In this document: in pieces, positions 9,744 through 20,823 of the stretch | How positions within the stretch are numbered: position 1 is the first letter of the stretch | Layout of the letters: each line of letters starts with the position of its first letter | NCBI GenBank assembly: GCA_036336835.1 | Contig: JAYZFK010000017.1 | Coordinates: forward strand, 1 to 48,506 | Length of the DNA stretch: 48,506 nt | Reading direction: 5' to 3' | Source of the DNA: Myxococcota bacterium | GTDB taxonomy: Bacteria > Myxococcota_A > UBA9160 > UBA4427 | The notes under the pieces: model-generated | What the model was told of the DNA's origin: nothing | Database searches by the model: none | The model's input: only the letters and a program-made list of their open reading frames with translations | Made by a program: the position numbers and the translations under genes

Positions 9744-9930
9744 CGCGTTCCCCACCCCCGGGTGTGCTCGCCAGCCGCAGCCCGTCGCGAGGATAGCGGC
9801 GGCTTGGCGAGCCCCTGGCCCGGCTCTCCGGCCCCGGAGGGAGCCGCAGGGCGGTCCGGATCCGCTCGGGTCGCGCTCGATCTGGCGCGGCCGCTTGAAC
9901 ATCCGCTCCGGCGTCGCGAAACTCCACACC

Positions 9931-11034
9931 ATGTCCCGGCTGCGACGACCCGACTCACCCGATGCGGCGGTGGCGCTCGAGCTGAGCGAACGGCAGCAGA
10001 TCGTGCTGCGCGCGATGGTGGCCGCCTACATTGCCGAGGCCGCACCCGTCGGCTCTGCCAGACTCTCGCATCTGCTCCCGGTCCCCCTGTCCGCGGCCAG
10101 CATCCGCGGGACGGTGGCCGAGCTGCGCGAGCGCGGGCTGGTCGAGCAGCCGCACAAGTCGGCGGGCAGCCTTCCGACGACACGCGCGATCGAGGTCTTC
10201 GTCCACTACCTGATGGCAGAGCCCGCGCTCGCCGAGTACGAACGGCGCTCACTGCGCGATTCGTTCGAGGACGTCGACGCGTCTGGCGCGGTGCGTCTGG
10301 TGTCGACGCTGCTCTCGGAGCACGCGCGCCAGCTGGGCTTCGTGGTCGCGCCGAGGCTACCGACCATCCGGCTCCAGCACGTGAGCTTCGTGCGGGTCTC
10401 GAGCGATCGTGTGCTGGTGATGCTGCTCGCCCGCTCGGGTCGAATGCACCGGCGTACGATCGATCACGCGGGCTCCAACGATCAGGCGGAGCTGGATCGC
10501 ATCGCCGGCGAGCTCAACCGGCGCGTCGTCGGTCACACTTTGACGGAGATCCGCGTCCTGCTCGGCGAGGAGCTCTCGCAGCTGCGCCACCGTGCGAACG
10601 ATCTGCTCGAGCGCGCGCTAGCGCTGGGGCTGCGCGCGCTCGACGCCGACGAGTCCGGGCCGCCCGACCTGTTGCTAGGCACGCGCGAGGCGCTGCTCGA
10701 TCAGCCGGAGTTCCACGATCCCGAACGTATCCGCGAGCTGTTCGCCGCCATCGAGGCCGGCGAGAGCCTGCTCGAGCTGTTGGATCGGGTGGTGATCAAC
10801 GAGGGAGTCCACGTCGCGTTCGGCGATGAGCTCCACCTGGCCGAGCTGCGGCGCTGCGCGTTGGTCGCGGCGACCTACGGGCGTGCCGGGGAGTCGCCTC
10901 AGGGCGTGCTCGGCGTGATCGGGCCGTCCCGGATGGACTTCCGGCGGGTGATCCCGCTGGTCGAATACTGCTCGACCATCGTCAGCAGCAAGCTCGCGTT
11001 GGCCGATGAGTCGGGTACGCGCGAACACGCCTGA
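9931..11034 (+). CDS. hrcA: Heat-inducible transcription repressor HrcA
   Basis: LSERQQIVL...YIAEAAPVGS, LSAASIR, LVEQPHKSAGSLPT, GVLGVIGPSRMDF; directly upstream of grpE. Confidence 0.92.
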   Translation: MSRLRRPDSPDAAVALELSERQQIVLRAMVAAYIAEAAPVGSARLSHLLPVPLSAASIRGTVAELRERGLVEQPHKSAGSLPTTRAIEVFVHYLMAEPALAEYERRSLRDSFEDVDASGAVRLVSTLLSEHARQLGFVVAPRLPTIRLQHVSFVRVSSDRVLVMLLARSGRMHRRTIDHAGSNDQAELDRIAGELNRRVVGHTLTEIRVLLGEELSQLRHRANDLLERALALGLRALDADESGPPDLLLGTREALLDQPEFHDPERIRELFAAIEAGESLLELLDRVVINEGVHVAFGDELHLAELRRCALVAATYGRAGESPQGVLGVIGPSRMDFRRVIPLVEYCSTIVSSKLALADESGTREHA

Positions 11035-11101
11035 GTCAGTTGCGGGACCAGCCACCAGCCACCGCCCGCAGGCCCAGGCACGAAACGGATAGGACCGATC
11101 T

Positions 11102-11839
11102 ATGGCCAGGAAGCGCAAGGACCAGTCCGCCGACGCCGGCGAGGAGCGTGTCGAGGGCTGGGAGGGCCTGGCGGCCGATGAGCCATCGGCCGGAACGCTC
11201 GCGCCGAGCAACGAGCTCGAGGCCGCGCTCAAGGAGGCCAGCGAAGCCGTCGCTCGGCGCGCCGACTCGACGCCCGCCGAGTCCGCACCGCCGGACTCGC
11301 CGGAGGCGCTGCGCGAAGCGCTCAGCCAGGAGCTGCAGACGCTCAAGGCCGAGTACGAGGCCTCGCAGGACGAGCTCGAGAAGACAAGGGAGCAGCACCT
11401 GCGCGCGCAGGCCGACCTCGAGAACCTGCGGCGCCGCAGCCTCAAGGAGAAGCAGGATACGCATCTGTACGGCCAGCAAAATCTGGTCAAGGAGCTCCTG
11501 CCATCGGTCGATAACCTCGAACGCGCCATCGAGCACGCGGAGCAGAGTACTTCTGAGGAGTTGCAGCAGCTTTTGCAGGGTGTCGAGCTGGTCCGTCGGG
11601 AGCTGCTCGGGGTGCTCGAACGCTTTGGCGTGACGCGGATCGAGGCTGCGGGTGCCGCGTTCGATCCGGCCGTTCACGAGGCGGTGGCGCAGACCCCGAC
11701 GACCGAGGTCGAGCCGAACACCGTCGTATCGGTGGCGGAGGAGGGCTATCAGCTGCGTGATCGGATGCTTCGGCCCGCCCGCGTGGTGGTGTCGAAGGCG
11801 CCCGACGAGCCGCAGCCGGAGCCCGATTCCGAGCAGTAG
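11102..11839 (+). CDS. grpE: Nucleotide exchange factor GrpE
   Basis: RAQADLENLRRR, LLPSVDNLERA, FDPAVHEAV, GYQLRDRMLRPARVVV. Confidence 0.96.
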   Translation: MARKRKDQSADAGEERVEGWEGLAADEPSAGTLAPSNELEAALKEASEAVARRADSTPAESAPPDSPEALREALSQELQTLKAEYEASQDELEKTREQHLRAQADLENLRRRSLKEKQDTHLYGQQNLVKELLPSVDNLERAIEHAEQSTSEELQQLLQGVELVRRELLGVLERFGVTRIEAAGAAFDPAVHEAVAQTPTTEVEPNTVVSVAEEGYQLRDRMLRPARVVVSKAPDEPQPEPDSEQ

Positions 11840-11890
11840 TGCCGGGGCAGCGCAAGCGCCGTCCCGGATGAGAAAAGGGGCGAGCGCGCG

Positions 11891-13711
11891 ATGACCCATG
11901 TGATTGGAATTGACCTCGGCACGACCAACTCGTGCGTGGCGCTCCGGGCGTCGGGCTCGAACGAGGTCGTCGCCAACTCCGAGGGAGCGCGCACTACGCC
12001 GTCCGTCGTCGCCTTCACGGAGGGCGGCGAGCGGCTGATCGGTCAGATCGCCAAGCGCCAGGCCGTGACGAATCCCGAGCGGACGATCTTTGCCGTCAAG
12101 CGGCTGATCGGACGCAAGCACGACGCCGAAGAGGTCGGCTCGTTCTCGGGCATTGCGCCCTTCGGCATCGTCGCCGCCGACAACGGCGACGCCTGGGTCG
12201 AGATCGACGACCGCAAGTGCTCGCCGCAAGAGATCTCGGCGATGATCCTGAAGAAGCTCAAGGACACCGCGGCCGACTTCCTGGGTGAGCCGGTGACCGA
12301 GGCGGTGATCACGGTCCCCGCCTACTTCAACGATGCGCAGCGCCAGGCCACCAAGGAGGCGGGCGCCGTCGCGGGCCTCGAGGTCCTGCGGATCATCAAC
12401 GAGCCGACGGCTGCGGCGCTTGCCTACGGCCTCGAGACGCACGGCGATCGGCGGATCGCGGTGTTCGATCTCGGTGGCGGCACCTTCGACATCTCGATCC
12501 TCGAGATCAGCGACGGCGTCTTCGAGGTCAAGAGTACCAATGGCGACACCTTCCTGGGCGGCGAGGACTTCGACAACCTGCTGGTCGAGCGGCTCGCCCG
12601 GCAGTTCGAGGAGGAGAGCGGCCTCGATCTGCGCCGCGACGCGATGGCGTTGCAGCGGCTGAAGGAGGCCGCCGAGCGCGCCAAGCAGGAGCTGTCGAGC
12701 TCGACCGAGACCGACGTGAACCTGCCGTTCATCAGCGCCGACGAGAACGGACCGAGGCACCTCGAGATCCGCCTGACGCGCGAGTCGCTCGAGGAGCAGG
12801 TCGCCGGCCTGGTCGATCGGCTGTCGCCGCCGTGTGAAGCGGCGCTCAGCGATGCCGGCTACTCGAAGGACGACATCGACGAGGTCATCCTGGTCGGGGG
12901 CATGACACGCATGCCGCTGGTCGAGGCCCGGGTTGCCGAGATCTTCGGCCGCGAGCCGCACAAGGGCGTGAACCCCGACGAAGTCGTCGCAATCGGTGCC
13001 GCGATCCAGGGCGGCGTGCTCACGGGCGACGTCGAGGACGTGCTGCTGCTCGACGTGACGCCGCTATCGCTGGGCGTCGAGACCCAGGGCGGCTTGATGA
13101 CGCCGATCATCGAGAAGGACACGACCATTCCGGCGAGCCGGAGTCGTATCTTCTCGACCACCGAGGATCATCAGGACATCGTGCGGATCCACGTGCTGCA
13201 GGGCGAGCGCGAGATGGCTGCCGACAACAAGACGCTCAGCCGCTTCGAGCTGATCGGCATCCCACCCGCGCCGCGCGGTGTGCCGCAGATCGAGGTGACG
13301 TTTGCGATCGACGCCGACGGCGTGGCCAACGTCTCGGCCAAGGACCTCGGCACCGGACGCAGCCAGGGCATCGAAGTCACGGCCTCGAGCGGGCTCGAGC
13401 AAGCGGACATCGATCGCCTGATCACGGAGGCCGAGGAGCACGCGGCGGCCGACCAGACCCGGCGCGAGTGGCTCGACCTGTACAACAAGGCAGAGGGCAT
13501 CGCCTACTCGACGGACAAGACGCTCGAGGAGTTTGCGGAGAACATCGAGGTGGCCGACCGCGTTGCGGTCGAGGCGGTGCTCGAGAAGGTGCGCGCCGCC
13601 ATGCGGGACGAGGACCGGGAGGCGCTCGCCCAGATGACCGATGAGCTCTCCGGCGTGACCTATCAGATGACCGAGCGGCTCTACGCTGCACTCGGCGGGG
13701 ACAGCACGTGA
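11891..13711 (+). CDS. dnaK: Hsp70 chaperone DnaK
   Basis: [56 protein letters not shown]. Confidence 0.97.
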   Translation: MTHVIGIDLGTTNSCVALRASGSNEVVANSEGARTTPSVVAFTEGGERLIGQIAKRQAVTNPERTIFAVKRLIGRKHDAEEVGSFSGIAPFGIVAADNGDAWVEIDDRKCSPQEISAMILKKLKDTAADFLGEPVTEAVITVPAYFNDAQRQATKEAGAVAGLEVLRIINEPTAAALAYGLETHGDRRIAVFDLGGGTFDISILEISDGVFEVKSTNGDTFLGGEDFDNLLVERLARQFEEESGLDLRRDAMALQRLKEAAERAKQELSSSTETDVNLPFISADENGPRHLEIRLTRESLEEQVAGLVDRLSPPCEAALSDAGYSKDDIDEVILVGGMTRMPLVEARVAEIFGREPHKGVNPDEVVAIGAAIQGGVLTGDVEDVLLLDVTPLSLGVETQGGLMTPIIEKDTTIPASRSRIFSTTEDHQDIVRIHVLQGEREMAADNKTLSRFELIGIPPAPRGVPQIEVTFAIDADGVANVSAKDLGTGRSQGIEVTASSGLEQADIDRLITEAEEHAAADQTRREWLDLYNKAEGIAYSTDKTLEEFAENIEVADRVAVEAVLEKVRAAMRDEDREALAQMTDELSGVTYQMTERLYAALGGDST

Positions 13712-13855
13712 TCCCCGCGGGGAATTCGACTCGTTCGATCTCGCGGGTTGCCAGGCAGGGGCGCGTGCCTAGCCTTGGCCGCTCATTGCTGTCGCTCCTG
13801 GCTGCCGCCTGGCGCTGTCCCGCGACAACCGTATGACCCCAGCCGGAGCAGCCAT

Positions 13856-15013
13856 TTGGCCAACCGCGACTACTACGAAATGCTCGGTGTGCCCCGAGGC
13901 GCCAGCGAAGACGACCTCAAGAAGGCGTACCGCAAGCTCGCGCTCGAGAGCCATCCCGATCGCAATCCGGACGATCCTGCCGCCGAGGAGCGGTTCAAGC
14001 AGATCGGCGAGGCCTATGCGGTCCTGTCCGATTCCGACAAGCGGGCGCAGTACGACCGCTTTGGCTTCGTCGGCGGCCCGGGTAGCACCGGCGGCCCTGG
14101 CGGCTTCAGCTCGGATTTCGGAGACCTCGGTGGCTTCACCGATCTGTTCGACAGCCTGTTCGGCGACGTCTTCAGTGGCGGCGGAGGAGGCCGGCGTCGC
14201 CGCGCGGGCCGCAGTCAGCGCGGCGCCGACCTGCGATACAACCTCGAGATCTCAAGGGGCGACGTCCTCAGCGGCGCGAGCCGCACGCTCAAGCTGCCCA
14301 AGATGCGTCCCTGCGGCACCTGCAGCGGCTCGGGTCTGCGTCCCGGCCACACCCCCGCGGTGTGCGGCCGCTGCCACGGCAGTGGCCAGATGGTGTTCAC
14401 CCAGGGCTTCTTCCGGGTCAACCGACCCTGCGACGAGTGCTCGGGCGCCGGCGAGATCGTGAGGGACCCCTGCACCGATTGCCGGGGCGCCGGGCGCACC
14501 GAGGGACAGCAGACGCTCGAGGTCACGCTGCCGGCGGGAGTCGACGACGGCTCGCGGCTGCGCCTGTCGGGCGAGGGCGAGGCCGGGATCGCCGGCGGAC
14601 CGCCGGGAGACCTCTATGTGGTGCTGTCGATCGAGCCCCATCCCCTGTTCGAGCGCGACGGCAGGGATCTGCACTGCGACGTTCCGCTGTCGTTCGTCCA
14701 GGCCACGCTCGGCGACGAGATCGAGGTCCCGACGCTCGAGGGCAAGGTGACGATGCGGGTGCCCGAGGGCACGCAGTCCGGCAAGCTGCTGCGGCTACGC
14801 GGCAAGGGGCTCCCGCCGCTCCAGCCGCGCGCCGAGCCCAGCCAGCTCGCGCGGCTGCGGGGCGACATCTACGTGCGGATCTTCGTCGAGGTGCCAACCC
14901 GGATCTCGGACAGGCAGCGCGAGCTGCTCGAGGAGTTTGCCCAGGAGAGCGGAACCGAGGTATCTCCGCAGACCACCAGCTTCCTGGACAAGCTGCGCGA
15001 CTTGTTCGATTGA
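13856..15013 (+). CDS. dnaJ: Chaperone DnaJ
   Basis: TTG start after GGAG; J domain with HPD, G/F region, four CxxCxGxG repeats, C-terminal domain. Confidence 0.96.
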   Translation: MANRDYYEMLGVPRGASEDDLKKAYRKLALESHPDRNPDDPAAEERFKQIGEAYAVLSDSDKRAQYDRFGFVGGPGSTGGPGGFSSDFGDLGGFTDLFDSLFGDVFSGGGGGRRRRAGRSQRGADLRYNLEISRGDVLSGASRTLKLPKMRPCGTCSGSGLRPGHTPAVCGRCHGSGQMVFTQGFFRVNRPCDECSGAGEIVRDPCTDCRGAGRTEGQQTLEVTLPAGVDDGSRLRLSGEGEAGIAGGPPGDLYVVLSIEPHPLFERDGRDLHCDVPLSFVQATLGDEIEVPTLEGKVTMRVPEGTQSGKLLRLRGKGLPPLQPRAEPSQLARLRGDIYVRIFVEVPTRISDRQRELLEEFAQESGTEVSPQTTSFLDKLRDLFD

Positions 15014-15047
15014 GGCGCCCGGCCGAAGAGGTCGGGTGATGGGCGGC

Positions 15048-17168
15048 ATGGAACAGACGCAACCGGTGACGGTCGCACGGCCGGCCAGAGTGGGGCTGCG
15101 GGGGGCCGCGGCGCTGATCGCTGTGCTCTCGCTGGGGCTCGGGGTCGCCTGCCAGACTCCGACGTATTCGCGCGTTGCGACGGCCGAAGAGAAGGCGGCC
15201 TTCGCCGCGGCCATGGCGTTCCTGCCGCAGGACCCGATCGGAGCGCAACAGCAGCTCGAGGCCTTCCTCGAGATCTACCCCGGCAGCCCGTTGGCCGACG
15301 ACGTGGGCGAGAAGCTTGCGGCGATCGAGCTGGGACAGGGTCGCCGGGCCGAGGCCGAGGCCTGGCTTCGCTGGATCCTGCGCGAGCACCCCAACGGCGA
15401 CCGCAGCGAGGCCGCGCGTCTGGCGCTCGCGGGCATTGCGCGCGGTCGCGGCGACGACGCCGAGGCGCGCCGGCTGTTCGCGGGGGTGCGTTTCGACCGG
15501 ATGGACGCGGCCCAGCGAGTCGTCGCCTACCGGATGCTCGCCGACCTGGCCGTTTCCAATGCCGACCGCCTGCGCTGGCTGGGCGAGCTGTACCGCGCTA
15601 CCGACGGTGCGATCGCCCGCGCACGGGTCGAGCTGGACATGGATGCCGCGCTGGCGAGCCTGTCGGTCGGCCCGATGGAGCGTCTCGCCGACCAGCTCGG
15701 CGATCGCCCGCCCGCGGCGCGCGTGCACCTGCGGCTGGCCGAGCGGGCGCTCGAGGCCGGCGATCTGATCGGCGCGACGCGGCGGCTCGCCCGCGCCGAC
15801 TCCATGGAGCAGAGCGATCGTTCCGCCGCGCTGCGCAGCGAGATCGCGCGCCGGATGGCGCTGCGCGAGCAGCTCGCGACGGCGGGCGTGCTTCCGACCT
15901 TCGCCGAGCTCAGTCACCTGCCCGCGCCGCAGACCGACGGCGCTGTCGGGACACTGGGCGTCGTGCTGCCCCTGTCGGGCGCCTTCGCGCGCTTTGGCGA
16001 GGAGAGCTTGCGCGGCATCCTGCTCGCGACCGGGATCTTCGACGAGATCGCGACGGCGCAGCAGCTGGGCGGCGAGTTCGAGCCGCCGCGAGGCGGGGCG
16101 CGTGTCCGGCTCGAGGTGCGCGACACGGCGGGCAGTCCCGAGCGGGCCGCTGCGGCGGTGAGCGAGCTGGCCGCACGCGATGACGTCGTTGCCCTGATCG
16201 GTCCGTTGCTGGCGGCAGAGTCCGAAGCGGCGGCGCGGGTGGCGCAGCAAGAGCAGATTCCACTGCTCACGCTCACCTCGCGCGAGGACGTGGCCACGGG
16301 TCGCGATCGCGTGTTCCGGCTGCGCACGACGCCTACCGACGAGGTGCGCTTCCTGGTCGATCACGCCGTCGATCAGCTCGGCGCTCGGCGCTTCGCCGTG
16401 CTGTATCCGGGCGACACCTACGGGCGGGGCATGCGCGATCACTTCTGGGAGGCCGTCGAGGCGCGCGGCGGGCACGTCGTCGCAGCGTCGAGCTATGCGC
16501 CCAACACCCGGGACTTCGCGGAGCCGATTCGCCGCATGATCGGCTACCCGCTGCTCACGGCTCTCGAGCGCAAGGCGCTCGCCGAGCGCGAGGATGCGCT
16601 GAGGCGCGCACGCCGGCGGCTGCCGCCGGACGAGGCGTCGGAGGTGCGCGAGGTCATCATGGGTGTGCTGGGGCCGCACGGCGAGCCGCTGCCCCCGATC
16701 GTCGACTTCGACGCGCTGTTCATCCCCGACGACTATCAGAACGTGATCATGATTGCGCCGCACCTGGCCTCGCAGGATGTGAGCGGCGTGCATCTCCTGG
16801 GATCGTCCGGCTGGGTGGACGAGTCCCTGCTTCGGGACGCCGGCAGGCACGTTCGCGGCGCGGTGATCGCGGCGCTCTTCCACCCGCAGAGTCGCTACAC
16901 CTTCGTCTCGGACTTCGTCGATCGCTTCACGACGCACTTCGACGCCGTGCCCAACGTCTTCGCGGCGAGTGCCTACGACGCCGCGAATCTGGTGCTGGTG
17001 CAGCTCGCTGCGGGCCACGACTCGCGCGACGCAGTGCTCGACGGCGTCGCGGGCGTCCACGGCTACCCGGGCGCGTCAGGCGTCACGAGCTTCCTGCACG
17101 ACGGGAATGCGCGGAAGCGGCCCTTCCTGCTCGGCGTCAAGGGTCGGAGGCTGATTGCCCTCGAGTGA
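15048..17168 (+). CDS. LpoA/LppC-like lipoprotein (helical-repeat N-terminus + type 1 periplasmic-binding domain)
   Basis: Lipobox LGLGVAC; TPR-like YPGSPLADD/HPNGDRSEAA; GVVLPLSG, LIGPLL, DFDALFIPD, AYDAA, YPGASG. Start 15039 or 15048. Confidence 0.75.
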   Translation: MEQTQPVTVARPARVGLRGAAALIAVLSLGLGVACQTPTYSRVATAEEKAAFAAAMAFLPQDPIGAQQQLEAFLEIYPGSPLADDVGEKLAAIELGQGRRAEAEAWLRWILREHPNGDRSEAARLALAGIARGRGDDAEARRLFAGVRFDRMDAAQRVVAYRMLADLAVSNADRLRWLGELYRATDGAIARARVELDMDAALASLSVGPMERLADQLGDRPPAARVHLRLAERALEAGDLIGATRRLARADSMEQSDRSAALRSEIARRMALREQLATAGVLPTFAELSHLPAPQTDGAVGTLGVVLPLSGAFARFGEESLRGILLATGIFDEIATAQQLGGEFEPPRGGARVRLEVRDTAGSPERAAAAVSELAARDDVVALIGPLLAAESEAAARVAQQEQIPLLTLTSREDVATGRDRVFRLRTTPTDEVRFLVDHAVDQLGARRFAVLYPGDTYGRGMRDHFWEAVEARGGHVVAASSYAPNTRDFAEPIRRMIGYPLLTALERKALAEREDALRRARRRLPPDEASEVREVIMGVLGPHGEPLPPIVDFDALFIPDDYQNVIMIAPHLASQDVSGVHLLGSSGWVDESLLRDAGRHVRGAVIAALFHPQSRYTFVSDFVDRFTTHFDAVPNVFAASAYDAANLVLVQLAAGHDSRDAVLDGVAGVHGYPGASGVTSFLHDGNARKRPFLLGVKGRRLIALE

Positions 17169-17287
17169 TTACGGGGTTTCGCCTCGCTCGATGGGGTCTG
17201 TTGCAGTTGCGCCGGGGCTGCTGTTGGGGAGTCGCCTCGCTGCCCGGCTGAGGACGGGTCTCTCCTTCACGAACGTGCAGCGTTCCC

Positions 17288-17315
17288 TCAAGTCAGCCTC
17301 GCGAAGAGTCGAAAG
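17288..17315 (+). promoter_or_regulatory. Sigma28/FliA-like promoter upstream of lon
   Basis: TCAAG-N15-GTCGAAAG ending 8 nt before the ATG; same architecture as at 20789-20816. Confidence 0.4.
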
Positions 17316-17323
17316 CCCTCTCG

Positions 17324-19759
17324 ATGGACAACAATCTTCCCGTCGATGATGCGGTTCGCGGACTGCCCACTGAGCTGCCGGTCTTGCCGCTGCGCCAGTT
17401 CGTGGCATTTCCGTTCATGGTGCTCCCACTGTTCGTTGCGCGCGATCGCTCGATCGCCGCAGTCGACGATGCGCTCGCGGGCGATCGCATGCTGCTGCTG
17501 GTCTCGCAGCGCGACGCGTCTCAGAGCGAGCCCGAGCCGGACGATCTGTATCGTGTTGGAACCGTGGCCGTGGTGCTGCGCAGCATGCACCTGTCCGACG
17601 GCCGGGTGAAGGTGCTGCTGCAGTGCCTCCGCAAGGTTCGAATCGATTCCTTCATCGAGCACGAGGGCTCGAACTGGGTGAACGTGACGCCGGTCGACCA
17701 CGATGGCGACTCGAGCTGGACCGCCGAGGGCGAGGCCATCGTGCGCGCGGTGCGTTCGCGGGTCGAAGAGCTGCTTCCGCTGAAGAATCTCCCGCCGGAG
17801 GTGCTGGCGGTGACGACCGGGGTCGAGCGCCCGGGCCGTCTCGCCGACCTGGTGGCCTCGCACCTGCAGCTGCGGGTTGCGGAGGCGCAGGAGATCCTCG
17901 AGGTCGACGACTCCCTGGCCCGCCTGCGCAAGGTCGATGCGATGCTGAAGCGCGAGCTCGAGCTCACCTCGACGCAGGCCGAGGCCGAGTCGCAGTCGCA
18001 GTCGAGTGCGCTCCACGGGGTCTCACACGAGCAGCGCGAGGCCTTCCTGCGCGAGCAGCTGCGTGCCATCCAGAGCGAGCTCGGCGAGGTCGACCCGCGC
18101 GGCGAGGAGGTCGACGAGTACCGAGCGAAGCTCGAGGAGATGGTACTGCCGCCCGCGGCCCAGGAAGAGGTGCTTCGCCAGCTGCGCCGCATGGAGCGGA
18201 TGCATCCCGACGGTCCCGAGGCCCAGGTGGTGCGCAACTACCTGGACTGGATGGTCGATCTGCCCTGGGACACCGAGTCGACGGACGTGCTCGATCTGGT
18301 GAATGCGCGTGCCGTGCTCGATGCCGATCACGCGCACCTCGACAGCGTGAAGGAGCGGATCCTCGAGTTCCTCGGTGTGCGCAAGCTGCGCCAGGACTCG
18401 CGCGGTCCGATCCTGTGCTTTGCCGGTCCGCCCGGGGTTGGCAAGACGTCGCTCGGCCGATCGATCGCGCGCGCCATGGATCGCGAGTTCGTGCGCATCT
18501 CGCTCGGCGGCATGCGCGACGAGGCCGAGATTCGCGGTCACCGGCGCACCTACGTCGGCGCGATGCCCGGTCGCATCGTGCAGGCGCTCAAGCAGGCGGG
18601 AACCTCGAACCCCGTCTTCATGCTCGACGAGATCGACAAGCTCGGCAGCGACTTCCGCGGCGATCCGTCGGCGGCCCTGCTCGAAGTCCTCGATCCCGAG
18701 CAGAACAGCAGCTTCAGCGATCACTTCCTGAGCGTGCCCTTCGACCTCTCGAAGGTGCTGTTCATTGCGACTGCGAACCTGCTCGACCCGATCCCGCCGG
18801 CGCTGCGCGACCGGATGGAGGTGATCCAGCTTCCGGGCTACACGCCGGAGGAGAAGGTCGAGATCGGTTCCAGCTTCCTGGTGCCACACCAGATCGAGGA
18901 GCACGGCCTCGATGCGGGCGCAGTGCGCTTCACCCGCTCGTCCGTGAAGGCGCTGGCGACCCAGTACACCGCTGAGGCTGGCGTCCGCAATCTCAATCGC
19001 AAGGTCGCGGCCGTTTGCCGCAAGCTCGCGCGACGAGCCGCCGAGGGCGAGGCCATCAGCGCAGTCATCGATCGTCGCGCCCTGCATCGCTATCTGGGGC
19101 CGCCGGCGCAGTTTGCCGACGCGCGCCCGGAGCAGGGCGAGATCGGCGTCGCCACCGGCCTGGCCTGGACCGAGGCGGGCGGCGAGGTGCTGCCGATCGA
19201 GGCCGCGCTCACACCGGGCGAGGGTCTCGTGCTGACGGGGCACCTGGGCGATGTGATGAAGGAGTCGGGTCGCGCGGCGCTGTCCCATGCCCGCTCGATC
19301 CTGGGCGAGATCGACGCCGACGAGTCCATGCTGTCGCGCCACGAGGTGCACATCCACATCCCGGCGGGCGCGATTCCCAAGGACGGTCCCTCGGCCGGCG
19401 TGACGATCGCTGCCGCGATCGTGTCGCTCGCGACGAAGGTGCCCGTGTCCACCGATGTGGCGATGACGGGCGAGATCACGCTGCGCGGCCGGGTGCTGCC
19501 GGTCGGCGGAGTGCGCGAGAAGGCGCTCGCCGCGCTGCGCCACGGATTCACTCGGGTGGTGCTGCCCAAGGCGAACCTGCAGGACGTCAGGGAGATCCCG
19601 CGTGAGCTGAAGCGGCGGATCGAGTTCATCCCGGTGTCGACGATGCGCGAGGTGCTCGACGCCGTGCTCGAGCAGCCGCCGCAGTGGCGGACTCCTCCGC
19701 GCGCCAGTTCATCGGACAGGCCCCGCAGCGCGCCGGCCGCCGCCCGGCAACCCAGGTAG
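17324..19759 (+). CDS. lon: ATP-dependent protease La (Lon)
   Basis: LON-N LPVLPLR, Walker [28 protein letters not shown], catalytic PKDGPSAG and REK lysine. Confidence 0.97.
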   Translation: MDNNLPVDDAVRGLPTELPVLPLRQFVAFPFMVLPLFVARDRSIAAVDDALAGDRMLLLVSQRDASQSEPEPDDLYRVGTVAVVLRSMHLSDGRVKVLLQCLRKVRIDSFIEHEGSNWVNVTPVDHDGDSSWTAEGEAIVRAVRSRVEELLPLKNLPPEVLAVTTGVERPGRLADLVASHLQLRVAEAQEILEVDDSLARLRKVDAMLKRELELTSTQAEAESQSQSSALHGVSHEQREAFLREQLRAIQSELGEVDPRGEEVDEYRAKLEEMVLPPAAQEEVLRQLRRMERMHPDGPEAQVVRNYLDWMVDLPWDTESTDVLDLVNARAVLDADHAHLDSVKERILEFLGVRKLRQDSRGPILCFAGPPGVGKTSLGRSIARAMDREFVRISLGGMRDEAEIRGHRRTYVGAMPGRIVQALKQAGTSNPVFMLDEIDKLGSDFRGDPSAALLEVLDPEQNSSFSDHFLSVPFDLSKVLFIATANLLDPIPPALRDRMEVIQLPGYTPEEKVEIGSSFLVPHQIEEHGLDAGAVRFTRSSVKALATQYTAEAGVRNLNRKVAAVCRKLARRAAEGEAISAVIDRRALHRYLGPPAQFADARPEQGEIGVATGLAWTEAGGEVLPIEAALTPGEGLVLTGHLGDVMKESGRAALSHARSILGEIDADESMLSRHEVHIHIPAGAIPKDGPSAGVTIAAAIVSLATKVPVSTDVAMTGEITLRGRVLPVGGVREKALAALRHGFTRVVLPKANLQDVREIPRELKRRIEFIPVSTMREVLDAVLEQPPQWRTPPRASSSDRPRSAPAAARQPR

Positions 19760-19807
19760 GCCAGCCCCGCGGGCCCTCTTTTCGCCCGATCGGTCTATTG
19801 TTGCGGG

Positions 19808-20755
19808 GTGCCGCGCCGACTTCGCGACCTCGGAGAATTCGGGCTCGTCGATCGCATCGATCGGCTCGTCGTGCGCGCGGGCGGCAGCGGCCGCGGCGTG
19901 GCGCTCGGCATCGGCGACGACGCCGCGCTGCTGCGACTGCGCGCCGCCGAAGAGCTCGTCGTCTCGACGGATGCGTCGGTCGAGGGGGTCCACTTCCGCT
20001 GGCAGACCGACGACGCTGGCGCGCTGGGCCGTCGCGCATTGGCGGCGGCGGTCTCGGACCTCGCTGCGATGGGGGCGCGGCCGCTCGGCTGCACGTTGAG
20101 CCTTGCGGCTCCGCCGGCGCTCGAGCTGCGGCGGCTCGAGCCCGCTCTGCGCGGCCTGGTCGCGGAGGCAGCACGGCGGAGCTGCCCGCTGGTCGGGGGC
20201 AACATCGCGCGCGCAGGCGAGACCTCGTTTCACCTGACGGTGCTCGGTGCGGTGAAGCGGGGCCGCGCGCTGCGCCGCGACGCAGCACGAGCGGGCGACC
20301 TGCTGCTCGTCACCGGCAACCTGGGTCGCGCGGCGCTGCGCCGGGCGCGCGCCGCGGCCGAGCGCAGGCCGAATCGCGATGTGCCGCCGGATCGGCTGCC
20401 TGCGGGGCGCAAGCTCGGCTCGCTCGGCCGGCGGGTCGCCTGCATCGATCTCTCGGATGGCCTCGCCGCCGACCTGCCACACCTGCTGGGCACCGGTCTC
20501 GGCGCCGAGGTGGCGGCCGATGCCTTGCCGCGCACTCGCGGCTTCGACGCCGGCTGCCGCCGGCTCGGGCTCGAGCCCAGCACGCTGCTCGCCTCCGGCG
20601 GCGAGGACTACGAGCTGCTGTTCAGCCTCTCGCCCGCGGCCGCGGACCCCACACGGCTCGCCCGTCGGCTCGGAGTGCGCGTCACGGAGATCGGCCGGGT
20701 GGTCGCTCGGCCCGGCATCCGTGGGCTCCCCGAGGGTGGCTGGCGCCACTTCTGA
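19808..20755 (+). CDS. thiL: Thiamine-monophosphate kinase
   Basis: [48 protein letters not shown]. Confidence 0.93.
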   Translation: MPRRLRDLGEFGLVDRIDRLVVRAGGSGRGVALGIGDDAALLRLRAAEELVVSTDASVEGVHFRWQTDDAGALGRRALAAAVSDLAAMGARPLGCTLSLAAPPALELRRLEPALRGLVAEAARRSCPLVGGNIARAGETSFHLTVLGAVKRGRALRRDAARAGDLLLVTGNLGRAALRRARAAAERRPNRDVPPDRLPAGRKLGSLGRRVACIDLSDGLAADLPHLLGTGLGAEVAADALPRTRGFDAGCRRLGLEPSTLLASGGEDYELLFSLSPAAADPTRLARRLGVRVTEIGRVVARPGIRGLPEGGWRHF

Positions 20756-20788
20756 GGCCCGCCGCGACGGGCTTCTGTGCCGTCGCCT

Positions 20789-20816
20789 TCAAGCCGCTGA
20801 TTCGAGGCACCGATAC
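20789..20816 (+). promoter_or_regulatory. Sigma28/FliA-like promoter of the chemosensory cluster
   Basis: TCAAG-N15-ACCGATAC ending 7 nt before the MCP GTG; resembles T(A/C)AAG...GCCGATA. Confidence 0.55.
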
Positions 20817-20823
20817 GTCGGGG

